Assembly (NCBI GenBank): GCA_030867685.1
Contig: JAQOWU010000008.1
Coordinates: 1,178,001 to 1,242,000, forward strand
Direction: 5' to 3'
Origin: Wickerhamiella versatilis
Lineage: Eukaryota
DNA length: 64,000 nucleotides
Of this stretch, positions 33,372 to 51,266 are shown piece after piece. Under the pieces are notes generated by a model. The model worked only from the letters and a program-made list of their open reading frames with translations. It did not search any database and was not told the DNA's origin. The position numbers and the translations under genes are program-made. Each line of letters opens with the position of its first letter. The first letter of the stretch is position 1.

Positions 33372-33390
33372 ACGCGATAGTGCAACGCGT
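33372..33390. promoter_or_regulatory. Tandem MCB-like elements (ACGCGA, ACGCGT) upstream of the RPO41-like gene
   Basis: ACGCGA at 33372-33377 and ACGCGT at 33385-33390, in an otherwise AT-rich 132-bp spacer. Confidence 0.45.
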
Positions 33391-33402
33391 TTAGGATGTC
33401 GT

Positions 33403-36309
33403 ATGAACCGACCCACTGTATTGCGCTGGTGTCCACGATCCTACTCCTATGTGCTTCAGGATCTTAGCAATATGCCACCAGTTCATCCTCCCCTGGTAGG
33501 GCGATTACCCAGCATTTCATCTTTGGAGAATTCTCAGCCGGATCCACGGCCTTTGGAGTTCCATCATTTACTTTTTCAGAATGACATTGCAAAAGCCCAG
33601 CTATTTCTCGATAAAAGGGAAACTCAACTTAGCCTGAATGCTTTAGAGGAGTATTCTCAGGCCTTGATATCTCGCGGTGGAGAAATTCCGCAGCGTCTGC
33701 GCGCCAGCGATCGACTACCATATATATTGCGAGGGCTAAGACCAGCTAAAACTACTGTCCAGAGTGTTGAAGATGTTCTTGATTGTAAGCTGTCACAATG
33801 GAAGAGGCCTTGGTGTACGGTATGGGATGAGCTGGACGCTGATTCGAGAACTTCATTTGAGAAGAATTATACTGAGGAAAATATCCAGCGACATGAATGC
33901 CTTCGAGGATGGTTACCTGAACCAGCACTGCACTTGCGAAATCGTTGGGCAACCATAATTAGATATCGTCCCTTGGGAAAACCCTTCACTGTGCTTGATC
34001 ATATCAAGGACCGTATTCCCTTGGTAATTGCCCATTATTTGGCAGAGTTAGTGGTGGATATGTCCACAGTAACCTTTCCGAAAAGTATTGCAAGCATTTG
34101 CCGTGAGGTTGCTTTCCGTCTTGAGGATGAACTCCTTTCCAAGCTTGCACACTTAGAGGGAATAGGATATTGGTATACTGGCTCTGAATACCTATGGGGT
34201 ATCCTTAGCACGATAAAATGGTCAGACAAAGATCGTCTTGTCATTGGTGCACACTATTTAAAAAGTGCGTTGAAAGCTTGTAAATTTAATCGATCACATC
34301 CCAGCACTGGCCAGGTGGTGGAACGTCCTGCATTTTGGCATACTTGGTATATGGATGGTGTTTCGAAGAGAGGAATTTGCAGAATTAATCGTGAGCTAGT
34401 TAATCAGATCAGATTATATCAACATGGGAAAATATCTTCGACCCAAGTACCTTTGTTGGTAAGACCTGGACCTTATGCTTCGAGACAGGATTTGGTCGGT
34501 GGACTAAGGTGTTCACCTGGGCTTCTTTCTTCAGGTGCTAGAAGCCAGGAGCAGCAGATTGCTATCGAGAAAGCAATGGAAGTGGGCAGCATGCGGTCTG
34601 TTATAAAGTCCGTTGAAGCTTTAGGTGACACAGCTTGGCGCATTAATTCAAATGTTCTGAAAGTCATTAAGTCGTTCCTTGAGAAATCCCAAACGATTGG
34701 AGATGTGCCTTCTATGCCTTCAGATGCGAAGACTCGCGAAAACATTGAAAAAGCAGCGATATTTCGAAGGTATAAAGATGCTATCAAGGTAGCAGAAATC
34801 TTGTCAAAGAATGGACACAGATTTTATGAGAGACACTATCTTGACTTTCGTGGTCGCTGTTACCCTCACACGGGGAGCTCACTCACTCATATGAGTAGCG
34901 ATAGCCTCCGTGCTTTGTTCGATTTCTGGGAAGGTAGACCTCTTGGGAAATCAGGAATGTTTTGGCTGAAAGTGCATTTAGCCAATGTATACGGCGTATC
35001 AAGAACTTTATCTTTTCACAAAAGGGTTAACTGGGTCGATGTTCAGCTTGAAAATATCATAGGAAGTGCGCAAGACCCTCTTGGGAACAAATGGTGGCAG
35101 GAAGCTGAAAAACCATTCCAATCCCTGAGAGCATGCTTTGAACTTAAAGCCGCTTTAGAGGCCGGAGACAGTGAATCATTCATTTCGCATATTTCTGTCG
35201 CACAGGATGGGTCCTGCAATGGACTACAGCATCTGGTAGCGTTGTCCAAAGATGAATCTTTGGCACCATACGTGAATTTAATGCCAAGATCTTCTTCTGA
35301 AGGGCCAGGCGATATTTATTCAATGGTGGCTAATTCTGTTGGCGTATCGAGAAGTTTAATTAAAAAACCCATAATGACTACATTTTACGGCGCATCGCGG
35401 CATACTATAAGTGAAATCTTACGCGACGAACTTGGACCACGTACCGAAAGAGTGGCAAAAAGTATTCGAGATAAATTGGATGAACTTGGTGAGGGTGCTT
35501 GGGCAATTTACGAGTGGCTTTCAGAGATGGCCTATCGCATTTCCCATTCTGCAAGAGGGGATATGTATACAAGGGATCCTGAGTTGATTGGAAAAGCGTG
35601 GTATACATCAGTTAGTTGGACAACCCCGTTAGGGTTGCCAATTGCTCAACCCTATGTAGATCCTGGGCTAATAGCAGTGCGTACCCACTTGCAAGCATTT
35701 TATTGCAAATCACCCTACCATCAGGCCAAAGTGGATACTCAGAAACAGAGAATATCATTTCCACCTAACTATATACATAGTCTTGATGCCGCGCATATGC
35801 AATTGACAGCTTTACGGGCCCAAAAAGCCAATATAAGCTTTGCTGCAGTCCATGACAGCTTTTGGACACATGCTGGTGACATGGATACTTTGCGACGGCT
35901 TCTCCGTCAAGCTTTTGTACAACTTCATGAAAAATCCCAGATAAAGCTTTTGCTGGAGGAATGGAAGCAGAGGTATGCGGGCTTTTGGCAGTTGGCATTC
36001 TTACATCAATCAAGTCCTATCTATGAGAAAGTTCGATGGCTGAGGAATGGAAAGATGGGCAATCCTTTAATTTTGCGAAATGAGCTGGACCTTGAATATA
36101 CGAACCAATTCGGGGGAACTACCCGGGAGACCCCGTGGACAATCATTAAAAATAGTGGTGAACGCATCAGGTACGAGAATGGAGTCCCTCACCTAGGACT
36201 GACTGGACAAGTGACAAGAGCGTGGATACCGCTATTGTTTGACCCAGTCCCACCTGCTAGGGCGCTCGATATAGAAAAAGTGCTACAAAGTGAGTATTTC
36301 TTCCATTAA
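33403..36309 (+). CDS. Single-subunit T7-like mitochondrial RNA polymerase (Rpo41 family, divergent)
   Basis: DFRGRCYP, motif A QDGSCNGLQH, motif B R..IKKPIMTTFYG, WTTPLGLP..QPY, PPNYIHSLDAAHM, motif C VHDSFWTH and C-terminal EYFF. Presequence-like N-terminus with RSY/S. Orthology to canonical RPO41 is uncertain. Confidence 0.9.
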   Translation: MNRPTVLRWCPRSYSYVLQDLSNMPPVHPPLVGRLPSISSLENSQPDPRPLEFHHLLFQNDIAKAQLFLDKRETQLSLNALEEYSQALISRGGEIPQRLRASDRLPYILRGLRPAKTTVQSVEDVLDCKLSQWKRPWCTVWDELDADSRTSFEKNYTEENIQRHECLRGWLPEPALHLRNRWATIIRYRPLGKPFTVLDHIKDRIPLVIAHYLAELVVDMSTVTFPKSIASICREVAFRLEDELLSKLAHLEGIGYWYTGSEYLWGILSTIKWSDKDRLVIGAHYLKSALKACKFNRSHPSTGQVVERPAFWHTWYMDGVSKRGICRINRELVNQIRLYQHGKISSTQVPLLVRPGPYASRQDLVGGLRCSPGLLSSGARSQEQQIAIEKAMEVGSMRSVIKSVEALGDTAWRINSNVLKVIKSFLEKSQTIGDVPSMPSDAKTRENIEKAAIFRRYKDAIKVAEILSKNGHRFYERHYLDFRGRCYPHTGSSLTHMSSDSLRALFDFWEGRPLGKSGMFWLKVHLANVYGVSRTLSFHKRVNWVDVQLENIIGSAQDPLGNKWWQEAEKPFQSLRACFELKAALEAGDSESFISHISVAQDGSCNGLQHLVALSKDESLAPYVNLMPRSSSEGPGDIYSMVANSVGVSRSLIKKPIMTTFYGASRHTISEILRDELGPRTERVAKSIRDKLDELGEGAWAIYEWLSEMAYRISHSARGDMYTRDPELIGKAWYTSVSWTTPLGLPIAQPYVDPGLIAVRTHLQAFYCKSPYHQAKVDTQKQRISFPPNYIHSLDAAHMQLTALRAQKANISFAAVHDSFWTHAGDMDTLRRLLRQAFVQLHEKSQIKLLLEEWKQRYAGFWQLAFLHQSSPIYEKVRWLRNGKMGNPLILRNELDLEYTNQFGGTTRETPWTIIKNSGERIRYENGVPHLGLTGQVTRAWIPLLFDPVPPARALDIEKVLQSEYFFH

Positions 36310-36321
36310 TGTAGCTTAATA

Positions 36322-36912
36322 TCATGTAACATATGTGTGTAAAAATGCTAATAGAGAAAGCATCAAACCGGGGTCTTTATCAATTCCCTGGTTCTCGCGA
36401 TATCTCCGTTTCTCAAGCTGGGTCGGTTCTCGCTGGGTTACTAGAAAATTGTGGAGACCATGCGCAGCATGCTGTCCATAACCTAGTAGCCAATCAGCTA
36501 TTTTGAGAATTCCCTCAATGCCAACGTTTTCATCGATTGATAGGACATCGGTTTCTGTCATATCCGATTCGCTTGAATCTGCTCGGTCACGAACTATAAG
36601 ATGAGAACCTGTTCGAACAAGAAAATTTGCCCTTTCAACAGAGTTGGGGCGACGGCTATTTCGAGAATTGGCCCTTGAAGACGTTACGGACGTTGATCCT
36701 CTCAAATTCCTCGAGCTTGACCTGAGTGGTTCATCGGATTCCCAGAACCTGGTAACATCGTTACTTGCCAGAAGACGATTTGCACGGCGCTCACTTGCGA
36801 GATCTGCGAGGCTCTGTGACCTAAAAAGTGGAGTTCTTTCACTTTTGGAATCAATTCCCCCTTGTGAACTCGTCACCCTCCAGTCATTCTCATGCATACT
36901 CATAGATAACAT
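36322..36912 (-). CDS. Hypothetical Ser/Arg-rich protein
   Basis: 196-codon ATG ORF with low-complexity S/R content and a hydrophobic C-terminus. No confident family. Confidence 0.6.
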   Translation of the reverse strand: MLSMSMHENDWRVTSSQGGIDSKSERTPLFRSQSLADLASERRANRLLASNDVTRFWESDEPLRSSSRNLRGSTSVTSSRANSRNSRRPNSVERANFLVRTGSHLIVRDRADSSESDMTETDVLSIDENVGIEGILKIADWLLGYGQHAAHGLHNFLVTQREPTQLEKRRYRENQGIDKDPGLMLSLLAFLHTYVT

Positions 36913-37016
36913 AATCGCCCCTCATATCCTTATGAGGCATATTTAGTTTAATATGGCAGGGGTTCAAGGAATGTCAGACTACTTAAGAGGTTGCTTTGAA
37001 TTCTTAAATTAGAATG

Positions 37017-37229
37017 CTAATTTCCCTTGTTAGTGGGATTATAAACCGGATTCTTGCCTTCCGGTAATGGTAGGGAGTCAACCTGTTCGGCGAAAGGGTT
37101 GGGGTGAGGTCTTAGCGTGGGACCATTGGCTGTATAAGGTGCTCTTTTGACCTTCACTTCCACTACTCCAGGAGGAATATTTGGTTGATCAGTGTTACCA
37201 ATGCCACGATTGCTTGAATCTTGAACCAT
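37017..37229 (-). CDS. Putative 70-aa Pro/Asn-rich microprotein
   Basis: ATG-initiated ORF that overlaps no other gene and has a protein-like composition. Confidence 0.45.
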   Translation of the reverse strand: MVQDSSNRGIGNTDQPNIPPGVVEVKVKRAPYTANGPTLRPHPNPFAEQVDSLPLPEGKNPVYNPTNKGN

Positions 37230-37449
37230 AGCGTAAAGTGTTTAGTCAAAAGTATCTATCCTCCCTCGTGAATTGGGTTGACTTGGGAGAAACAAACTTT
37301 ATGCAGCAATAGGGTTTCCAAGAAGTTCATCAAGCGATCCAAAAGAATCCAAATTTTTTTTACATCTGATCCATTGCTCTTTGAATCTTTTTGAAATTAG
37401 GATACACGTTGTCTTGGCTGTCAACGAATAAATTATATAAGCATTTACT

Positions 37450-45142
<7,693 letters not shown>

Positions 45143-45259
45143 TACTATCAATTAAAAAGAAAACGCTAGATGAATAAATATAAAGTTTCCCTTAGTTATA
45201 TTCATGTATATCTTTCACTTGATGAGAAAGAGTCAGCTTGCCTGACCACCTCTTACGTC

Positions 45260-46804
45260 ATGAAATCGGCGGAGGAAATACGTGTTGAGCTTTTGGCCAA
45301 ACGTCAACAGGCTGCAGAATTTGCGCGCATACGTAAAGAAAAGCATGAGAAAGCCCTATCCGCTGTCAGTCAACTTCATGATCTTGGTTTCCCGTTTTGG
45401 CGCATCTTGGAGATGGCCAAGCTTGATCCAGAATATCTCAGGGGTGCCTATAGAGAACTCCATCTGTTGCGAGAAATACCTCCTAATCAAGTTCCATCAT
45501 CTCAGCCAATACATCACCATGGTACGACAGTTCCGGAGTCGCAATCTGTAGGCTCGAAGAACAAATTTGGCACCCAAAGATGGACAGCTGATGAGGTTCG
45601 TGTCGATCTTAGCGATTCTGATGCATATTCCGAGCCTCTCGACTCCCCTGAGTTTGTAATTGTCCCTGCGGATACTTCTGAGAAGTCCGATAATGAGGAA
45701 CGACAAGAACCTTTAGAGCAACAAAAGTCAATGGATCCAGCGAGCTCTGAGTACAGACACGAATTGGAACGTAATGAGCACGGAATTGATGAGTCGCATG
45801 ATGAGAACTCATCGACATCTGAGAGTGACGAGATGCCCGGTGATGGCGAGACGTCAAAAGAACAACAAGTTGTGGTGCAACCTGAGACCCAACATCCAGA
45901 CTTAGACAGAGAGGGTTCCCACCAAGAGGACTCTAAAAAAATTTACGATCACGAGGCGTTAACTCGTGAGAGAGCACGGGTGGAAGAGAGGCTTCGAGAA
46001 ATTCGGGCCCACAAGGAGAAGCAAAAAATGCTTGACCGTCTTCGGGACACGGTTGCAAAACGTGAACGGGTGGTACTACAGGCACGAAATTTGCACAATT
46101 CTATAGAAAAAGTTACAGATTCTATTGAAAAGCAACGAAAAGAACTTGAGGGATATCGTTCCCAACAACAGATTGCAGACAAGGAAGTTGCTGAGCTCTG
46201 CCATAATGAAGAAGTTATAAGAAAAGAGCTTTTTGCAGCAGATAATTCTAATGTTGAAGAAGAAAAAGAAGAAGAGCCAACTAAAAGTCGGAATTTGAAG
46301 CGCTCTGCTTCAGAGCTCGAAGAATCTAATAATCCTAATGAATCCCTTTCTGATGAGGGAGGTGATGTTCTGCTGGCGGAGTCACCTCTTATGTGCTTTT
46401 CATCTTATCGACTGGCACCAGGAATGCTACAAGACCTTTCTAAGTGTTTCTCCAGAACATTTAATTCTATGTTTGTGAATGATTTGCAAAATCGATATTT
46501 ATGTTCTTCCGAGACGGCAGAAGTGTCCTGTACTAAAAAAAATTGCCCCGACATACATGCCAGCGAGTTTGACCCAGACCCTATCGCAGTGTTCAGGTAT
46601 ATGGGATCGTGCGTGGTTGGTGACCCGCAGGAGTTTCGCGACAATATCCGAGATCGACTTTCCCAAGTGGAGCAGGTAAATCCTGAAGGGCCCACGAGGG
46701 AGGATATTGCACGTCAATTTATTGAGTATAGAAAAAGTGTTGATCCCACGAAATTTCTTGACTGGCATGGTTGGAACGTAAATCGTCATTTAGGGCAAAA
46801 TTAA
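45260..46804 (+). CDS. Red1/ZFC3H1-like protein with coiled coil and C-terminal zf-C3H1
   Basis: ESPL..FSSYR followed by LC..E....C....C..IH resembles the zf-C3H1 domain, preceded by a long coiled coil. Start at 45260, or 45170. Confidence 0.6.
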   Translation: MKSAEEIRVELLAKRQQAAEFARIRKEKHEKALSAVSQLHDLGFPFWRILEMAKLDPEYLRGAYRELHLLREIPPNQVPSSQPIHHHGTTVPESQSVGSKNKFGTQRWTADEVRVDLSDSDAYSEPLDSPEFVIVPADTSEKSDNEERQEPLEQQKSMDPASSEYRHELERNEHGIDESHDENSSTSESDEMPGDGETSKEQQVVVQPETQHPDLDREGSHQEDSKKIYDHEALTRERARVEERLREIRAHKEKQKMLDRLRDTVAKRERVVLQARNLHNSIEKVTDSIEKQRKELEGYRSQQQIADKEVAELCHNEEVIRKELFAADNSNVEEEKEEEPTKSRNLKRSASELEESNNPNESLSDEGGDVLLAESPLMCFSSYRLAPGMLQDLSKCFSRTFNSMFVNDLQNRYLCSSETAEVSCTKKNCPDIHASEFDPDPIAVFRYMGSCVVGDPQEFRDNIRDRLSQVEQVNPEGPTREDIARQFIEYRKSVDPTKFLDWHGWNVNRHLGQN

Positions 46805-46814
46805 AATGTATTTA

Positions 46815-48125
46815 TCAAATTAGTGTGGGTGTCTCTAGCGCATGATAATCGCTTATCGTAGTTTTCACGGTATTCCGCGCATGCTCAAATTCAGTTAGGT
46901 CATTGGAAAAAGTGTCTGTTTTTCGATATTCATTTAGAAATGCGCCCCGCTGGAAAAGTCTATCAAATTGATCTAGGTGACGCTGTAGCAGAGCAGCTAC
47001 TGAGGTATGATTGGCTAGCATCAAACCACTAAGACGTGGGGACTCCTCCAAAGGTGATCGTCTTGTTAGAGCAAAGGGATAACCCTCTACAGAAGCCCGA
47101 CTAAAGGAAGTTGAGCCACGCTCCCGTAGGCGTAGAAGTGCATCTTTTATCTCAACAGGATCAACATCTCCCCGAATAATATTCAGGAGGGAGATGAAGG
47201 ACGAAGAGTGCGGTGCCGTCACGCTATTGAGGAAGTTTCGAGGCTTAAACAACTTTCGCAGCATGTCAATAACGGATGATCTGCGTGAATGAGTTTGAGG
47301 TACATTGACAGTGATAAAAGGTGTATAGGAGGGAAGGAGCATATTGCATTGTTGATAGGGAACCAGCCCAGCAATTAAAGATGATAAACTTGTGTACATG
47401 CAGGAGGGAAAGCGTAATGTTGAAGTAGCAGCGCTAAGAATCATGGATACCATCGCATTAGTCTGAGCCAAAGTAGGCCTTGGAACACTGAGAGCATCCG
47501 CAGCAGCCCTGAAAAGGGCAGAATTATCCAAAACTAGAATCGTATCAGCGTATACTATCAGTCTTTGCAAAGTGAGTATAGAGTTGTATGGCTGCACGAC
47601 CACATCACTGCTATTTGGAAATACCGAGTATGCCTGTCTGAGTTGCTTTTGATATCTGTCTGCCAAACTTTCCAGTATCAGACTCCCAAGTCCAGATCCT
47701 GTACCTCCTGCTATGCTGTGGAAGAGCTGAAACCCCTCAAGTCGATCGCTGCCCTCAGCCTCGCGGTCAATAATGTCATTCAAATGCTCTACACTTTCAG
47801 CACTTTGCTCATACCCAATAGCCCAATTATTTGATGCACCACCACCGTTTGTATCGAGAAGGATATTCTCGGGGTTGTATATTGAGCCATAGGGGCCATT
47901 CAGAATACCATTGACTACCCTAGGCTCCAGATCAACCATAATTGCGCGAGGAACATAGCGTAGATCATCACTCTGATAAAAGTAGGCGGATTTATTGTCG
48001 TTTTTTCGCGGGGTCTCGAGCGTACCATCAGCAGAAATGCCGTGCTCTAAACATAACTGTTTCCACAATTCTTCCCCTATTTGATTTCCACATTGGCCGG
48101 CCTGCAATGTAATTATCTCGCCCAT
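46815..48125 (-). CDS. TUB4: Gamma-tubulin
   Basis: [55 protein letters not shown] and [13 protein letters not shown] at 48125. Confidence 0.93.
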   Translation of the reverse strand: MGEIITLQAGQCGNQIGEELWKQLCLEHGISADGTLETPRKNDNKSAYFYQSDDLRYVPRAIMVDLEPRVVNGILNGPYGSIYNPENILLDTNGGGASNNWAIGYEQSAESVEHLNDIIDREAEGSDRLEGFQLFHSIAGGTGSGLGSLILESLADRYQKQLRQAYSVFPNSSDVVVQPYNSILTLQRLIVYADTILVLDNSALFRAAADALSVPRPTLAQTNAMVSMILSAATSTLRFPSCMYTSLSSLIAGLVPYQQCNMLLPSYTPFITVNVPQTHSRRSSVIDMLRKLFKPRNFLNSVTAPHSSSFISLLNIIRGDVDPVEIKDALLRLRERGSTSFSRASVEGYPFALTRRSPLEESPRLSGLMLANHTSVAALLQRHLDQFDRLFQRGAFLNEYRKTDTFSNDLTEFEHARNTVKTTISDYHALETPTLI

Positions 48126-48303
48126 ACTGGCATCTAGAATGCTCTCAAGCAGGGAAAGGAACAAGAAAAAATCAGTAAAGAGTGCAGTGCGACAACCCCC
48201 TGATTACAAAAGATTACAAGCTGCCATGGGGAATGATGTTGGTCGTTCTGACAATTATAAATATTTGCTAATTAAAAGAAGTTTCTATATAATTTAAGTA
48301 AGT

Positions 48304-49839
48304 TTAAGGACCTTGTGGAAGGGACTCGTAACCACGTTTGGTCTGCCTCGAACGCTGACTGGATCCTGCGCGTGCCTCGGCGGCTGATGAAAGGCGAGTT
48401 CCTGCCTGTGGAGCCATATTTTCCACATCTGAGTGTACAGACACAGAGGATCTGAGAGTGTGATCGCCAAAAATGGAATCCATCTCTTCGAGAGTTACCC
48501 CCTTTGTCTCGGGATACACGTAGTAAACAAGAATTACTGACGCGAGACTAAAGAATGCGGGTAGCAAATACATAGACCAGCCCATTGAATGCTGTAACAC
48601 GGGAACAACTTCACCCACCATGAAATTGAAAAGCCAATTCGAAGCAGTTGACATCGATGCACCTTTTGCACGAATGCTAAGCGGGAGGATCTCTGGCGGG
48701 TATAGCCAAGGGATAGGCCCCCAAGAGTAGCCAAAGAAAAAGTTGTAGACCATTACAAGGGTAACGACAGAGACAGGGGTGACAGAAATATCGAGGTACA
48801 AAAAGTAAGAGATAAGGACTAGCGCAACCGACATAATCAAGCCTCCGCTCATTAAAATCGGCCGCCGGCCCCATTTGTCAACAATGTACCAAGGAGGAAT
48901 TGTTGAGGCCACATAAACTAGGCCATTTATGCCCGTCATGAGAATCGCAGATCGTCCTGTCCATCCAGCTTGCTCAAACACAAGCGGTGCATAGTAGGAG
49001 ATTACATTAATTCCATCCAGCTGAGCAAAGGCCTGTGAGGACATGGCGATCAAAACACGCTTTCTATAGCGCCTCCACATATAAGCATAGGAGTGTTTTC
49101 CATCCAGCCTACTAAGTAAGACCATTTCCTTAATTTCGTCAAACTCCATACGTACCTCGGGAGCTGCTATGTCTCCATTAGCATGAAGCCGGCCTAGCAC
49201 CTCCATTCCCTCGCTGTCCCTGTCGTGATTAAGAAGCCACCGCGGGGTTTCTACAATAACAAAGGTACCAATAATGAGCAGCGTACCCATTATGCATTGT
49301 ATTGCTAAAGGAAGTCGCCAACTAGAATTGTTTTCTAGGAAGCTGCATGCGTAGTCAACCCACACAGAGGAGGCATAGCCAATAATGTTACCGGTGAACT
49401 CGATGCATGCAAACTTGCCACGATTGTGAGGTGGACTTACTTCACTCTGGTATACGGGTACAATCGTGGTCAATGCACCAATACCCAAACCAGAAATGAT
49501 GCGGCCGACAATCAGATGTGCCATACGGGTTGCCGCGGCCTGGATCGCGCCTCCAACCACAAATATCGCAGCGCCGTAAAGTATTGTTTTGCGACGCCCA
49601 AATATATCACCCAGTCGACCCACCATTATACTAGAAATAAGAGCCCCTATTTCGAGTATTGCGACCATTGTACCGATCTCAAGACGAGACGGCTGGTGGA
49701 AGTACTCCCTAAAATAAACACCAGTGATGATGCCAGACATGACACCCTGGTCATAGCCAAATAGAAAAACACCAAGTGAGACGAAGAGGGACACAAAGTA
49801 CAATAAGGGCTTGCCAGTAAGTTTATGCAGTGCCAACAT
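48304..49839 (-). CDS. MFS sugar porter family transporter
   Basis: FGYDQGVMSG, D.FGRR, PVYQSE, ETPRWL, YYAP, WGPIPWLYPPEI and PETKG. First ATG is at 49839. Confidence 0.92.
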   Translation of the reverse strand: MLALHKLTGKPLLYFVSLFVSLGVFLFGYDQGVMSGIITGVYFREYFHQPSRLEIGTMVAILEIGALISSIMVGRLGDIFGRRKTILYGAAIFVVGGAIQAAATRMAHLIVGRIISGLGIGALTTIVPVYQSEVSPPHNRGKFACIEFTGNIIGYASSVWVDYACSFLENNSSWRLPLAIQCIMGTLLIIGTFVIVETPRWLLNHDRDSEGMEVLGRLHANGDIAAPEVRMEFDEIKEMVLLSRLDGKHSYAYMWRRYRKRVLIAMSSQAFAQLDGINVISYYAPLVFEQAGWTGRSAILMTGINGLVYVASTIPPWYIVDKWGRRPILMSGGLIMSVALVLISYFLYLDISVTPVSVVTLVMVYNFFFGYSWGPIPWLYPPEILPLSIRAKGASMSTASNWLFNFMVGEVVPVLQHSMGWSMYLLPAFFSLASVILVYYVYPETKGVTLEEMDSIFGDHTLRSSVSVHSDVENMAPQAGTRLSSAAEARAGSSQRSRQTKRGYESLPQGP

Positions 49840-50071
49840 TGCTGCCCACACGGTTTCCGCGTCTCACGCTTACTAATGACAACACCATAGAGATTATTAT
49901 TATCTGTGTACATAGATACGGCTTGCTAATTAATATAAACGCTAGTTCATCTATTCACTAAATGACTTCTTTATACCATCTTGGCACAATATAGCATAGC
50001 GTGGCATAGCAAACACCTGATATTACGTTACAATGCGGGGGAGAAAAGAAATACAATACACTGATAATAAT

Positions 50072-50908
50072 TTAGCAGACGATATCAGTGGTGCGAATGC
50101 CTCCTAGAGGCTCACACACAGACGTGAAGGCATCCAATGCCTCACCCAGGCGCCCATCAGCACGTCTATTGTGAGCTGTTAGGCGAGTCTCCCATGCAGC
50201 TGCTTCACCCAACACGAACGACATGGAACCCTGGCGACCACGAAGTACAATGGCCCATGCCTGAGCTATCTCGTGGTACGCACGATTTCTCAGCACGTTG
50301 TTCACCGGGGATGTCCATTCCGGCAAGCTATGAATAAGTTCAGTAGCTCCATCTAGAAAAATCAACGCCTGGCCTGAGACAGTATTTTCAGCTGAGTGTG
50401 CTGGCAGGAATGCTGCGGTGTAATCAGCCAGCGCCTCAAAAAACGACCGTAAATGGGGCTCGACCCGTAAGTAGGCATAATCCCCCCTGGGATCATCCTT
50501 GTACGGCAGTCCATCCAGAATGCGCTGGTGGTACTCTTTCAACATACGCAGAGCCCGCTCTACGGTTATTTCAGGTACCAGCCGCCGCAGTGATTGGTGC
50601 GTTTCTGGATGGTTCTGAACGAGGCTCTCAACAAGGTCCAGTAACTGGTTATGGCCGAGAGACTCCAGTCTACGCCTTAGGGGTACAGCTGTAGCCCTTG
50701 GTGAATGCAACTTTGCGCGTTTATTCGAGCTCGATGGAGACGCCAGTGATCGTCGATTTGACACAGGCTCGCTAGCGCCGCCACCACCAAAGAAGTCATT
50801 TATCCGCCGTTTTCGCTTGTTCTCATTTGCTGGCGGACTGGTATGTGCGCCTACGGGACGTATAGAGTCGTCCCAGCCAAGAGAGAGCCCTACCATGGAG
50901 CGCTCCAT
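50072..50908 (-). CDS. STS1: Nuclear proteasome tethering factor Sts1/Cut8
   Basis: Bipartite NLS (KRKR...KRAK), LPLxRLLE-like PLRRRLESL, and PYK....DYAYLRV, ATELIH.LPEW. Confidence 0.82.
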   Translation of the reverse strand: MERSMVGLSLGWDDSIRPVGAHTSPPANENKRKRRINDFFGGGGASEPVSNRRSLASPSSSNKRAKLHSPRATAVPLRRRLESLGHNQLLDLVESLVQNHPETHQSLRRLVPEITVERALRMLKEYHQRILDGLPYKDDPRGDYAYLRVEPHLRSFFEALADYTAAFLPAHSAENTVSGQALIFLDGATELIHSLPEWTSPVNNVLRNRAYHEIAQAWAIVLRGRQGSMSFVLGEAAAWETRLTAHNRRADGRLGEALDAFTSVCEPLGGIRTTDIVC

Positions 50909-51266
50909 ATGCTCAGAAAGTTATAGAAAGTCGAGCTACTAAGCAGGCTTCCCAGCTGACGGACCCAGCCCGGCTGACGTAGACAGCATGATCCAAAATA
51001 GGAAGGGAATCGCTAACTCGCACATTGCCTGAGATAAACACACTTCTTCATTAATTACAGGTTTTTGAAGGACTGTAGAAGCCCTGGACTATTGAATCAG
51101 CCTCATCGGCCTGCAATCTCCCTCTCAACAAACAACTTGGCATTGTAGACTGACGATGCAGGAAGCGATGGTCCCACATAATTTCTATTCTATTTTACCT
51201 TCAACATTCGTCCACCACACTCCAATCGCACCTCAGGGTTTATATACTTGAGCAATTATTCTTTTT

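Noticed and set aside
50895-50908. 14-bp palindrome ATGGAGCGCTCCAT over the STS1 start
   Set aside because: Single short palindrome giving only a weak hairpin; no supporting context.
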